Part shown: piece by piece, positions 1 to 10,140 of the stretch | Layout: the number at the start of each line of letters is the position of its first letter | Numbering within the stretch: position 1 is the first letter of the stretch | From: Prochlorococcus sp. AG-402-M23 | Lineage (GTDB): Bacteria > Cyanobacteriota > Cyanobacteriia > PCC-6307 > Cyanobiaceae | Assembly: GCA_003216575.1 (NCBI GenBank) | Contig: QCIR01000003.1 | Span: 7,623-71,622, forward strand | Direction of reading: 5' to 3' | Length of the DNA: 64,000 bases | Notes under the pieces: generated by a model | The model's input: only the letters and a program-made list of their open reading frames with translations | Database searches by the model: none | What the model was told of the DNA's origin: nothing | Made by a program: the position numbers and the translations under genes

Positions 1-245
1 ATTAATATCCTTTTTAATTCATTTAATAATTTAGGTTTTTGATTCTTTGTCATAGTTTTTCTCTTGATTGATCGAAAAAATAGTTTTTGTGGACGTTTCT
101 AAATACCTTTTTAATTATTAGTTGATAAATTCTGTTAGGAAAAATTGTTGAGGTGTTTGATTTTTAGTTTTTAAATAAGTTTGTTTTGATTGAGGTGATT
201 TTTTTAGCATTGTCTATTTATACTAATTTGACATTAGAGGTATTA

Positions 246-989
246 ATGAATCATATCCAAGGATCGCTAATTTATGAAGGTAAAGCAAAACGAGTTTTTG
301 CTTGTGAAAATCCAGATAGGGTTTTAATAGAGTTCAAAAATGATGCTACAGCTTTTAACGCAAAAAAACGATCGGAGATCGAAGGGAAAGGACGTTTGAA
401 TTGCAAAATTTCGGCGGCCCTTTTTGAATTGCTTGAAAAGAAAGGAATTCCTACTCATTTCTTAGAACTTCATTCGGAAACATTTATGTTTGCGGAAAAA
501 ATCAATGTAATCCCTTTAGAGGTAGTTATTCGTAATATTGCAACAGGCTCATTGTGCAGAGAAACCCCCATTAATCAGGGGACAAAATTAAATCCACCAC
601 TACTTGATTTATATTATAAGGATGATGATTTAGGAGATCCTATACTTACAGAAGGAAGATTAAAGTTACTTGATTTGCTAAGTGTCATGCAGATGAAAGA
701 GGTAGAGGAAATCACAAGAAGTGTTAATAAAATTTTAAAAGAATATTTTGATGCACTCGATCTTTTATTGGTCGATTTTAAATTAGAATTTGGCACTAAT
801 TCTTCTGGAAAACTTGTTGTGGCTGATGAAATTAGCCCAGATAACTGTAGATTTTGGGATAAAAATAATTCTGATCCTAAAGGACGTATCCTTGACAAAG
901 ACCGCTTTCGGCAAGATCTTGGAGGTGTTATAGATGCTTATGAGGAGATTTTGAAACGTATAGAAAAAGATTCCTCTAATGCTGCTTAG
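246..989 (+). CDS. purC: SAICAR synthetase
   Basis: Motifs [58 protein letters not shown] at 246 preferred over the track's TTG at 186. Confidence 0.97.
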   Translation: MNHIQGSLIYEGKAKRVFACENPDRVLIEFKNDATAFNAKKRSEIEGKGRLNCKISAALFELLEKKGIPTHFLELHSETFMFAEKINVIPLEVVIRNIATGSLCRETPINQGTKLNPPLLDLYYKDDDLGDPILTEGRLKLLDLLSVMQMKEVEEITRSVNKILKEYFDALDLLLVDFKLEFGTNSSGKLVVADEISPDNCRFWDKNNSDPKGRILDKDRFRQDLGGVIDAYEEILKRIEKDSSNAA

Positions 990-1043
990 CCCAATTATTC
1001 TCTGCTAAGAATTCTGCCTTCAACTTGAATTAGTTTTAAATCC

Positions 1044-3335
1044 ATGTTTAAAAGAAACGCTAACTCGAATATGAAATTAATAAAGCAAAGTGCATATGCT
1101 GTTGCTTTGTTCCTTCCGTTTGCTAGCTTTTATGGAGAATCCAAGGCATCTAAAATATTTGAAGTTGAAAATAATTTACTTGTAAAAAATAAACAAATTG
1201 AAAATCCTAAAATTAACCATCAATTAATAGATTATCAATTTAATGATGCTTTAATAGCTGAGGGAAATAATCAAAAAGATGAAAAAACTATAATTGAAGA
1301 AACAAGGGTATCAATTTCTGAGATAGTTATTGATGGACTCGATAAACATCCTGATAAAGAACGTTTGGAAGTCGTTGCTTATGATGCAATGCTAATTAGA
1401 CCTGGGAGTAAAGTTACAAGTGAAGAAGTAAAGAATGATTTAGATCGGATTTATGCAACAGGTTGGTTTTCTGGCGCAAGAATTGAATCTTTGCAAACTT
1501 CTTTAGGAGTTAAACTTTTGATTAATGTTGAACCAAACCCGATATTAAACAAGATAAATATAATACCTGCTAAAAAAGAAATATCAAATACAAAGTTAAA
1601 TGAAATTTTTAATAATGATTTTGGCCAAACTTTAAATCTAAATGTTCTTAAAATAAGGATTAAAGAAATTAAAGATTGGTATGATTCTAATGGTTACTCG
1701 TTAGCAAGAATATCGGGTCCAAGTAGGGTAACAAATGATGGCATAGTTGAACTTAATATTCAGGAAGGTTATATAGCTGGTATTGAGATTAATTTTATTG
1801 ATGAAGATGGAAATACCGAAGATGAGAAAGGTCAATTAATAAAAGGAAAGACAAAAAAATGGGTAATTGAAAGAGAATTAATTACTAAAGTTGGAGATAT
1901 TTTTAATAGATCTAAATTAGAATCAGATATAAAAAGATTATATGCAACTTCACTTTTTAATGATGTAAAAGTTACTCTTAAACCGGTTAACTCTAAACCT
2001 GGTCAGATTATAATTTTATTAGGAATAACCGAGCAGAGAACTGGCTCTTTAACAGGAGGGCTTGGTTACAGCGGAGCACAAGGTGTCTTTGGACAGATTG
2101 GATTGCAAGAATCCAATCTGGTAGGAAGATCATGGTCTTCAAATATGAATTTGACTTATGGTGAATATGGGGCACTTTTAAATCTTTCTTTATTTGACCC
2201 CTGGATTAAGAATGATAAGCATAGAACATCTTTTAGAACTTCATTATATTTAAGTAGAGAAGTACCTCAGGAATTTAGAAGTATAGATGGTGGTAGTATT
2301 CGAGGAGTTACAGATAGATATGAAGCGCCTAATTCATCAATAAGTTACGACAGCAATCAATCTCATAAATTAGATCTAAACAATAATAATATTTTAATTG
2401 AAACTGGACCATTTACTAATTTTTCTTCAGCAAAGTTATCTGCTTCACAGTTTAGCTGGTTTGATTATGAAGGCGATTCTATTGTTTTAGAGAGAACAGG
2501 AGGAGGTTTTTCTTTCGCTAGACCTCTTAATAAAGGTCAGCCTCTAAAAAAGGTTCCGTGGAGTGTACTTGTAGGTGCAAATTTCCAGAAAATCAAGCCA
2601 ATAGACTATGCCGGAGATAAAAGACCTTATGGAGTAGCTTCTACAAATTTCAAAGAAGGTAAAGTTCCCAAAAATGAAGTTATTTGTGTCGCGTTTAATT
2701 GCTCCACAGAAAATACACTAGTTAGTTTCAAAAGTGCAATTACATACAACAATTTAGATAATTCAAGAAATCCAACTTCTGGTGATTATTTAAATATTGG
2801 CACAGAACAATTTATTGCTTTAGGAGAAAATTCACCAACTTTTAATAGATCCAGGGTCAGTTATTCTCGATTCTATCCTGTTAATTGGCTTAAGTTTCAT
2901 AAGGGTTGTCGTCCAAAGCCTGGTGAAAAATCAGATTGCTCACAATCGATAGGTTTCCAAGCAAAGATGGGAACAATTATTGGGGAGCTCCCACCATATG
3001 AAGCATTTTGCTTGGGGGGAACAAGCTCTGTTAGAGGTTGGAGTTCTTGTGATTTAGGCGTGGCAAGGAATTTTGGAGAGGCAACAGCAGAATACAGATT
3101 TCCTATTTGGCGAATAGTTTCTGGAGCATTGTTTGTAGATGCAGGATCTGACTTTGGATCCCAATCAAATGTCCCAGGTAAACCAGGTAAACTTCTTGAA
3201 AAACCAGGCTCTGGTTTTTCTGTTGGACCTGGAGCAGTCATTAATACACCTGTAGGCCCAATTCGAATAGAGGCTGCGAGTCAGGATTTTAGTGGCAATT
3301 GGAGATATAACATTGGTATTGGTTGGAAGTTCTAG
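1044..3335 (+). CDS. bamA: Omp85/BamA outer-membrane protein assembly factor
   Basis: Signal peptide, POTRA-like segments, LGGTSSVRGW motif, C-terminal GIGWKF; sits upstream of lpxC. Confidence 0.93.
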   Translation: MFKRNANSNMKLIKQSAYAVALFLPFASFYGESKASKIFEVENNLLVKNKQIENPKINHQLIDYQFNDALIAEGNNQKDEKTIIEETRVSISEIVIDGLDKHPDKERLEVVAYDAMLIRPGSKVTSEEVKNDLDRIYATGWFSGARIESLQTSLGVKLLINVEPNPILNKINIIPAKKEISNTKLNEIFNNDFGQTLNLNVLKIRIKEIKDWYDSNGYSLARISGPSRVTNDGIVELNIQEGYIAGIEINFIDEDGNTEDEKGQLIKGKTKKWVIERELITKVGDIFNRSKLESDIKRLYATSLFNDVKVTLKPVNSKPGQIIILLGITEQRTGSLTGGLGYSGAQGVFGQIGLQESNLVGRSWSSNMNLTYGEYGALLNLSLFDPWIKNDKHRTSFRTSLYLSREVPQEFRSIDGGSIRGVTDRYEAPNSSISYDSNQSHKLDLNNNNILIETGPFTNFSSAKLSASQFSWFDYEGDSIVLERTGGGFSFARPLNKGQPLKKVPWSVLVGANFQKIKPIDYAGDKRPYGVASTNFKEGKVPKNEVICVAFNCSTENTLVSFKSAITYNNLDNSRNPTSGDYLNIGTEQFIALGENSPTFNRSRVSYSRFYPVNWLKFHKGCRPKPGEKSDCSQSIGFQAKMGTIIGELPPYEAFCLGGTSSVRGWSSCDLGVARNFGEATAEYRFPIWRIVSGALFVDAGSDFGSQSNVPGKPGKLLEKPGSGFSVGPGAVINTPVGPIRIEAASQDFSGNWRYNIGIGWKF

Positions 3336-4180
3336 TGTTTTCTTTCCCCGATGATTATGAACAAGGTTGGACGCTTAGAAATGAAATTAAAAAAGATGGG
3401 ATTGGATTGCATACGGGATGTGAATGTAAAGTCATAATTAGGCCAACAGACTTGCCTGGCTTTCATTTCTCTTTTTCAGAAGAATATAATAAGGTTTTTT
3501 CTATTGATATCTCTCAAGTTAGGAACACACCTTTATGTACCACAATTGAAATAAATGGTAAGGAAATAGCTACTGTTGAACATTTGCTGGCTTCCTTAAT
3601 AGGTGCGGGAGTAACTCATGCACATATTGAAATCACTGGTAATGAGATCCCTTTACTTGACGGTTCTGCAATTGGTTGGATAGAGGAAATAGAAAAAGTA
3701 GGAATGATTAATTCCTCTACTTCTCCTAAGCCAAGACCAGAATTAATCACACCTGTTTTTGTTAACAAAGGAGAAAGTTTGATTTTTGCTATGCCATCCA
3801 AAAATTTGAAATTAATAGGTTTAATTGATTTCCCTTATAAGGCAATTGGACAGCAGATGTTTTCTATTGAGTTGTCTCCAAGTAATTTTGTTAAAGAAAT
3901 TGCACCTGCACGAACTTTTGGCTTCCTTGATCAATTAGAAGAATTAAAGGAAGCTGGCTTAATTAAAGGAGGAGCTCTTGAAAATGCACTCGTTTGCAAT
4001 GGAGATTCATGGGTGAATCCACCTTTGAGGTTTGAGAATGAACCAGTACGTCATAAATTGCTTGACTTAATTGGAGATCTAGCTTTTGTTGGATTACCGA
4101 GAGCGCAAATTTTTGTTTATAAAGGTTCTCACTCTCTTCATACTAAATTTGCTGCTTCTCTTCAAAAGGTATTAACTTAA
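3323..4180 (+). CDS. lpxC: UDP-3-O-acyl-N-acetylglucosamine deacetylase
   Basis: GIGLHTG, TVEHLLA, EIPLLDGSA, IAPARTFGF, RHKLLDLIGDL. Start could be slightly downstream. Confidence 0.97.
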   Translation: MEVLVFSFPDDYEQGWTLRNEIKKDGIGLHTGCECKVIIRPTDLPGFHFSFSEEYNKVFSIDISQVRNTPLCTTIEINGKEIATVEHLLASLIGAGVTHAHIEITGNEIPLLDGSAIGWIEEIEKVGMINSSTSPKPRPELITPVFVNKGESLIFAMPSKNLKLIGLIDFPYKAIGQQMFSIELSPSNFVKEIAPARTFGFLDQLEELKEAGLIKGGALENALVCNGDSWVNPPLRFENEPVRHKLLDLIGDLAFVGLPRAQIFVYKGSHSLHTKFAASLQKVLT

Positions 4181-4192
4181 TTAGATCCTATT

Positions 4193-4651
4193 TTGACTGA
4201 CATTTCTTCTTCCCAATCTCTCGTATTGAATAGCGAGCAAATAATGGGGCTTTTGCCCCATAGATATCCTTTTGCGCTTGTTGACAGAGTCATCGAACAT
4301 GACCCAGGAAAGAAAGCGGTAGCAATAAAGAATGTCACTCTTAATGAACCTCAATTTCAAGGTCATTTCCCTGAAAGGCCCCTGATGCCAGGTGTCTTAA
4401 TAGTAGAAGCGATGGCTCAGGTAGGTGGTTTAATTGTTTCTCAAATGCCTGATCTCCCCAAAGGATTATTCGTTTTTGCTGGTATTGATTCGGTTCGCTT
4501 TAGACGTCCAGTTGTACCTGGAGATCAATTAGTAATTTCGTGTGAGCTTTTAAGTATCAAGAGGAAAAGATTTGGAAAAGTAAGGGGTGAAGCAAAAGTA
4601 GATGATCAATTGGTTTGTTCTGGCGATTTAATGTTCTCTCTTGTGGATTGA
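4193..4651 (+). CDS. fabZ: 3-hydroxyacyl-ACP dehydratase
   Basis: [31 protein letters not shown]. Confidence 0.97.
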   Translation: MTDISSSQSLVLNSEQIMGLLPHRYPFALVDRVIEHDPGKKAVAIKNVTLNEPQFQGHFPERPLMPGVLIVEAMAQVGGLIVSQMPDLPKGLFVFAGIDSVRFRRPVVPGDQLVISCELLSIKRKRFGKVRGEAKVDDQLVCSGDLMFSLVD

Positions 4652-4655
4652 AGTG

Positions 4656-5507
4656 ATGAGTGAACTTCAATTCTCGAAAAACTTAATTGGAGAAAAAAAA
4701 GTAAATATTCATGATTTTGCAGATGTTTCTTCAAAGGCTGAACTTGGAGAAGGTGTATGCGTAGGATTAGGTGCTGTGATTGGTCCAGATGTGATTATTG
4801 GTCCCAATACTTGGATAGGACCAAATGTAGTTATTGAGGGGAGAGTGAAAATAGGATCTAATAACAAGATTTTCCCAGGAGCTTGTATTGGCTTAGAACC
4901 TCAAGATTTGAAATATAAAGGAGATTTTACTGAAGTCTTAATTGGAGATAATAATACTTTTAGAGAATGCGTAACGATTAATAGAGCGACCTTTGAAGGA
5001 CAAAAAACTATAATTGGCAATCAAAATTTGTTAATGGCCTATTCACACTTAGGTCATAATTGTGAAATAGGAAACAATATAGTCATAGCTAATTCTGTAC
5101 AGATAGCAGGCCATGTAGTTGTTGAAGATCGAGCTGTTATTGGAGGTTGTTTAGGAATACATCAATTTGTTCATATTGGTTATTTAGCTATGGTTGGAGG
5201 CATGACAAGAGTTGATAGAGATGTCCCTCCATATTGTTTAGCTGAAGGCCACCCCGGAAGAATGCGGGGGTTAAATAAGGTTGGAATAAAAAGGAAAAAT
5301 ATAGATAAAGACAATAAAGAAGAATATCTACAATTGAAAAGAATTTGGAACTTATTATTTAAATCTGAACATGTAATTTCTGATGGCTTGAAAATTGCAA
5401 GACAAGAGAATTTATTCCAATCTTCCGCAAGATTATGTGGATTTGTAGAACTCTCTATTGGGAAAGGTAGAAGAGGGCCGATGCCTTCTTTGATGTTAAA
5501 TAAATAA
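4656..5507 (+). CDS. lpxA: Acyl-ACP--UDP-N-acetylglucosamine O-acyltransferase
   Basis: Hexapeptide repeats, PQDLKY, HLGHNC, IHQFVHIG, DVPPY. ATG at 4656 chosen. Confidence 0.96.
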   Translation: MSELQFSKNLIGEKKVNIHDFADVSSKAELGEGVCVGLGAVIGPDVIIGPNTWIGPNVVIEGRVKIGSNNKIFPGACIGLEPQDLKYKGDFTEVLIGDNNTFRECVTINRATFEGQKTIIGNQNLLMAYSHLGHNCEIGNNIVIANSVQIAGHVVVEDRAVIGGCLGIHQFVHIGYLAMVGGMTRVDRDVPPYCLAEGHPGRMRGLNKVGIKRKNIDKDNKEEYLQLKRIWNLLFKSEHVISDGLKIARQENLFQSSARLCGFVELSIGKGRRGPMPSLMLNK

Positions 5508-6682
5508 TGAAGTTATTAATTAGTACTGGTGAAGTCTCTGGGGATTTGCAGGGAAGTTTATTAATAAAGTCTTTGAAGACTAATGCAGAAAAAAGAAAAA
5601 TTGAATTAGAGATAATTGCTTTAGGCGGTGAAAGGATGAGGGAAGCTGGGGCTAAATTAATATCAAATACTTCTTCTATAGGCGCAATTGGTTTTTTGGA
5701 AGCAATTCCTTATGTTCTGCCAACTCTCAATGCTCAATCGAAAATAGACAATTATTTAAGTTCTTCCCCTCCTGATGCAGTTGTTTTAATTGACTATATG
5801 GGTCCAAATATTCGACTAGGGTTAAAAGTAAAAAAAAAGTTCCCTAATATTCCAATAATTTATTATATTGCCCCTCAGGAATGGGCATGGAGATTAGGTG
5901 ATTCGGGTACAACCGATTTAATTAGTTTTACAGATAAAATATTAGCTATCTTTGATGAGGAAGCTAAATTTTATTCAACTAAAGGAGGAAATGTAAAATT
6001 TGTGGGTCATCCAATGTTGGATTTCTATAGAAATATTCCTACTAGAGAAGAATCATTAAGGAAAATAGGATTAACCTCTGATAAAAAACTTCTTCTTATC
6101 ATTCCTGCTTCTAGAAAACAAGAGCTTAAATATATTTTGCCTACATTACTTAAAGCGGCTAAAATGCTTCAGCAAAAAGATCCTTCAATTATTGTAATAA
6201 TACCATCTGGTTTAAAAGAATTTGATGAAATTCTAAATAATGCATTAAAGGAATATGGTGTATCTGGAAGAATTATTTTGTCTAATAAAGTTGATGATAT
6301 CAAACCGTTTTTATTTTCGGCTGCTTATCTTGCTTTAGCTAAGTCTGGAACAATAAATATGGAATTAGCTATAAACTCGGTTCCACAAATCGTTGGATAT
6401 AAAGTAAGCAGAGTTACTGCTTTTTTTGCAAGACATTTATTGCGATTTAATGTTAAATATATTTCACCAGTTAATCTTCTTTTAAATAAATTATTAATAC
6501 CAGAGTTTATACAAGAGGACTTTCAGGCTGAAAATATCTTTAATGCAGCAATAAAAATAATTGAAGATAGATCGACTAAAGAAGACATAATTATTGGTTA
6601 TAAAACATTGAAAGATAAATTAGGAAAACCTGGAGTTACAGATAGAGCATCAGAGGATATTCTGGACGTATTAGTTCAATGA
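5507..6682 (+). CDS. lpxB: Lipid-A-disaccharide synthase
   Basis: STGEVSGD, YYIAPQEWAW, FVGHP, PASRKQE, KSGT. Confidence 0.96.
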   Translation: MKLLISTGEVSGDLQGSLLIKSLKTNAEKRKIELEIIALGGERMREAGAKLISNTSSIGAIGFLEAIPYVLPTLNAQSKIDNYLSSSPPDAVVLIDYMGPNIRLGLKVKKKFPNIPIIYYIAPQEWAWRLGDSGTTDLISFTDKILAIFDEEAKFYSTKGGNVKFVGHPMLDFYRNIPTREESLRKIGLTSDKKLLLIIPASRKQELKYILPTLLKAAKMLQQKDPSIIVIIPSGLKEFDEILNNALKEYGVSGRIILSNKVDDIKPFLFSAAYLALAKSGTINMELAINSVPQIVGYKVSRVTAFFARHLLRFNVKYISPVNLLLNKLLIPEFIQEDFQAENIFNAAIKIIEDRSTKEDIIIGYKTLKDKLGKPGVTDRASEDILDVLVQ

Positions 6683-7287
6683 TTTCTATGAATAAAATCT
6701 TAAGAAGACTAATAGTAACTTTTATGCTCTTGCAACTATTAATATTTTGCCCGTTGCAAGTAATTGCTGAATCAGAGGAGGCTCTTTTTGCAGGAGGTTG
6801 TTTTTGGTGTCTAGAGCATGATTTAGAGAAACTTGATGGAGTTGTTTCTGCAGAAAGTGGATACTCTGGAGGCGACATCCCCAATCCCACTTATGAAAAT
6901 CATAGTGGGCATCAAGAGGTTGTTAAAGTTATTTTTGATTCTGATATTATTAGCTATAAAGATTTACTTAAGCAGTATTGGGTTAATATTGATCCTTTTG
7001 ATAATAAGGGACAATTTTGTGATAGAGGTGATTCATATAAGCCTGTTATTTTCACATCTAACCAAGAACAAGTGCTCGATGTAAAAGAGATTCAAAAAGA
7101 TATTTCAGCTGCATTAGATGTCCCCGTGGAACAATTGAAAGTTGAAATTTTTGATTCAAAAGTCTTTTGGGCAGCAGAGAAATACCATCAAGATTTTGCA
7201 GTTAAAAATCCTCTTAAATATAACTTTTATAGATCAAGTTGTGGTAGAGATAATAGACTAAGAAAGGTCTGGGGTGAAAATAAATAG
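6679..7287 (+). CDS. msrA: Peptide methionine sulfoxide reductase A, with signal peptide
   Basis: AGGCFWC, SGYSGG, GQFCDRG, AEKYHQD; hydrophobic N-terminus. Confidence 0.93.
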   Translation: MISMNKILRRLIVTFMLLQLLIFCPLQVIAESEEALFAGGCFWCLEHDLEKLDGVVSAESGYSGGDIPNPTYENHSGHQEVVKVIFDSDIISYKDLLKQYWVNIDPFDNKGQFCDRGDSYKPVIFTSNQEQVLDVKEIQKDISAALDVPVEQLKVEIFDSKVFWAAEKYHQDFAVKNPLKYNFYRSSCGRDNRLRKVWGENK

Positions 7288-7304
7288 TAATCAATTGATT
7301 GATT

Positions 7305-7339
7305 TAAGATCTAAAAAATATAAATATTTCTAGATCTTT
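7305..7339. terminator. Possible bidirectional terminator between convergent msrA and pepA
   Basis: Imperfect AT-rich inverted repeat AAGATCTA..AAATA / TATTT..TAGATCTT. Confidence 0.35.
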
Positions 7340-7357
7340 AGGCTATATGTAAATAGA

Positions 7358-8845
7358 CTAATAGTTGTTGTGGCTCAATTCTTTTATCCAATTAACTAAC
7401 GTTCTAACTCCATATCCAGTTGCACCTTTTGGAGTTATATCTCTATCTTTTTCAGTCCAACATGTACCTGCTATGTCAATGTGAGCCCACGGAATACTTG
7501 AGTTCACAAATTCTTTTAGAAACAAGGCAGCAGTAATTGACCCCCCTGCTCTAGGACCTGTGTTTTGTAAATCGGCAATAGATGATTTAATTCCAGATTT
7601 GTATGAATCTTGCATTGGCATTCTCCAAATACCTTCACCAGCCTTACTTGCAGCTTTAGTTAATTGTTCAGAGAGCTGATCATTGTCAGTCCATAAGCCT
7701 GCTATTTCATCACCTAATGCAATGACGCAAGCTCCAGTAAGAGTAGCGAGATCTACAATAGCGTCAGGCTTAAGTTTGCAAGCATAAACCAAAGCATCAG
7801 CTAAAGTTAATCTTCCTTCTGCATCGGTATTATTTACTTCAATAGTTTTCCCATTCGAAGCTTTAATGATATCTCCAGGATGCAATGCAGATCCATTAAT
7901 CATATTTTCGCAAGCAGCAACAATAAAATGAACCTCGGTTTCGCTTGGCTTTAATTCTGCGATGGCTCTTGCTGTTCCAAGAACAGCAGCACTCCCTCCC
8001 ATGTCATACTTCATTTTTTCTATTTGAGAGGCACCTACTTTTAAGTTGTATCCTCCAGAGTCAAAAGTTAAGCCTTTTCCAATTAATACGACTTTATTTC
8101 TTGCGGTTTTTGGGGAATATTTTAAGTGTATGAAATTAGGCTCTAGATCTGATCCTTTGGCAACTGCTAGGTAAGCTCCCATTCCTTGATCTTCACACTC
8201 TTTTTTGTCAAGAATTTTTAAATCTAGATCATAATTAGTGGCCAATTTTTCAGCCTCTTTCGCCATTTTGTATGGGGTAAGAAAATTGGGTGGGGCAGAA
8301 ACAAGTTCTCTTGCGAATTTCACTCCTTCACAAATTGGATTTATTTCAGCAATGGCTGATTTAGTGGTTTTGGTTTCCAAGCCTATCAATTCAACTTCTT
8401 CTATGGGAGTAAGTTCTTTTGATTCTGATTTAAATCTAAGATCTTTAATAGATGACAATCGAACTGCTTCGCCAACTGCACATGCAGCTGAGCAAGGGTC
8501 AAATGCATCCCAGGGGAAAACTATTCCTAATTTTCTTTCATAACCTGAAACTTGACGAGTACCAATTGAAGTCGCTTTCCGTAAATCATCAATTTGAAGA
8601 GTTTCGGCCTTGCCTAAGCCTACAAAGATTACTTTTTTTATTTTGCCTTCTATGAGCTCAATTGATAATTTCTGATTTTTTTTGCCCTCGAACTTTGAAT
8701 CATTAAACCTTTGGCTCAAAAAAGTATCTTTTATTATTGTTTTAAATAAATTGATTTGGCTTTCGATTGTTCCTTCCAAAACTCCAGCAATGAGTAATGA
8801 TCCTGACCAGTCATTAATTTCTTTGGAGACTGCTGAAACTTGCAT
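7358..8845 (-). CDS. pepA: Leucyl aminopeptidase (M17)
   Basis: GKGLTFDSGG, MKYDMGG, NTDAEGRL, DLATLTGA, HIDIAG. Confidence 0.96.
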   Translation of the reverse strand: MQVSAVSKEINDWSGSLLIAGVLEGTIESQINLFKTIIKDTFLSQRFNDSKFEGKKNQKLSIELIEGKIKKVIFVGLGKAETLQIDDLRKATSIGTRQVSGYERKLGIVFPWDAFDPCSAACAVGEAVRLSSIKDLRFKSESKELTPIEEVELIGLETKTTKSAIAEINPICEGVKFARELVSAPPNFLTPYKMAKEAEKLATNYDLDLKILDKKECEDQGMGAYLAVAKGSDLEPNFIHLKYSPKTARNKVVLIGKGLTFDSGGYNLKVGASQIEKMKYDMGGSAAVLGTARAIAELKPSETEVHFIVAACENMINGSALHPGDIIKASNGKTIEVNNTDAEGRLTLADALVYACKLKPDAIVDLATLTGACVIALGDEIAGLWTDNDQLSEQLTKAASKAGEGIWRMPMQDSYKSGIKSSIADLQNTGPRAGGSITAALFLKEFVNSSIPWAHIDIAGTCWTEKDRDITPKGATGYGVRTLVNWIKELSHNNY

Positions 8846-8882
8846 TTAATTTTAATACTTGTGTTAATGATAACAATTTTTA

Positions 8883-9482
8883 CTAATTGATTTGAGAAGT
8901 AAATGGTGTTGCCCATATTCCTCTTGTCTCTTTATTAAAAGGTGGAAGCCAAGTTTGAATAAGCTTCTGTTCTAATTTTCTTCTTTCCTTGGTTTCAATT
9001 GGAACATCAAGCCAAAAACGAATGCTTAACTTGGTTGAGATGTTTGCTTTATGTAGAGAATCGGAATAATTTGATAGGTAATTTTTACAGTCATGATCAC
9101 CTTTCCACCTCTTTCCTGCGGAAATTGTTTCTCCAATATATAAAATTATATTTTTATTAGAATCAATAATTTTATCCATTACAAAATAAACCGCTGGTCC
9201 CTGATGAATTGTTTGTGGCCACCTCCAAAAACTTAAGGGTAAAGGGGTTAGCTCAATTGGGTTGAAAGATGCGTTTAACTCTTCGGAATTAGATTCAAAT
9301 AGTGAAGATTGATCTACTTCTTTATAACCAGATTTAAAAATTGGGGATTGATGGTTAATGATTTTTTCTTGCCATTCCTTAATTATTTTTTTGTTAATAA
9401 ATATATCTTGAAGATAATTTCTTTCTGAAAGATTTATATCATTGTTGTTAAATAAATCAAATTGGCGTTCGAATTTCATCAT
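8883..9482 (-). CDS. GIY-YIG nuclease-like conserved cyanobacterial protein
   Basis: PAVYFV...LYIGET..., Arg in KRW, Glu in KLEQ, C-terminal PPFNK, matching the GIY-YIG layout. Confidence 0.65.
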   Translation of the reverse strand: MMKFERQFDLFNNNDINLSERNYLQDIFINKKIIKEWQEKIINHQSPIFKSGYKEVDQSSLFESNSEELNASFNPIELTPLPLSFWRWPQTIHQGPAVYFVMDKIIDSNKNIILYIGETISAGKRWKGDHDCKNYLSNYSDSLHKANISTKLSIRFWLDVPIETKERRKLEQKLIQTWLPPFNKETRGIWATPFTSQIN

Positions 9483-9796
9483 TTTAAGAGTTTGAAATAA
9501 AAGATGATGTTCAATTAATATTTCAGCATGATATGCGCTAGATTTTATATTATTCTGATTTAGAACGCTTTGATTTTAGCTTGTCAAGATCAAATAAAAA
9601 GTTTTTTTATTTATTAGTAAGTTTTTATTTAACTTCAGTAAGAGTTATAATTTTTGGTGGTGTGGCTATTTACACTCCCTAAAAAAATGTTTTTGAGTGG
9701 AAATGGTCTAAACTAACACGAGATAACAGTGATTCAATCAATGTTAGTCTTTGAATTTAAAACCGAACAAGTGATCTATCAACTTGGATTAAGGAT

Positions 9797-10114
9797 ATGA
9801 GTTTTTTTGAGTCCGAAATTGTTCAGGAAGAGGCAAAAAAACTTTTCACTGATTATCAGAATCTGATGCAATTGGGCTCTGATTATGGAAAATTTGATAG
9901 AGAAGGGAAAGTTATGTTTATTGATAGTATGGAAAATTTAATGGAGCGGTATAAAGTTTTTATGAAACGATTTGAACTTTCAGAAGATTTTCAGGCGAAA
10001 ATGACAGTAGAACAGTTAAAGACTCAGTTGAGTCAATTTGGAATCACTCCTGATCAAATGTTTGATCAGATGAATAAAACTCTGGTGAGAATGAAATCAG
10101 AATTGGATAAATGA
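9797..10114 (+). CDS. Conserved cyanobacterial protein (DUF1825-like)
   Basis: FFESEIVQEEAKKLF...YGKFDREGK...KRFELSEDF, recognised from memory; located upstream of tyrS. Confidence 0.8.
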   Translation: MSFFESEIVQEEAKKLFTDYQNLMQLGSDYGKFDREGKVMFIDSMENLMERYKVFMKRFELSEDFQAKMTVEQLKTQLSQFGITPDQMFDQMNKTLVRMKSELDK

Positions 10115-10140
10115 TTATTAACCTTTTTAATATTTAGATT

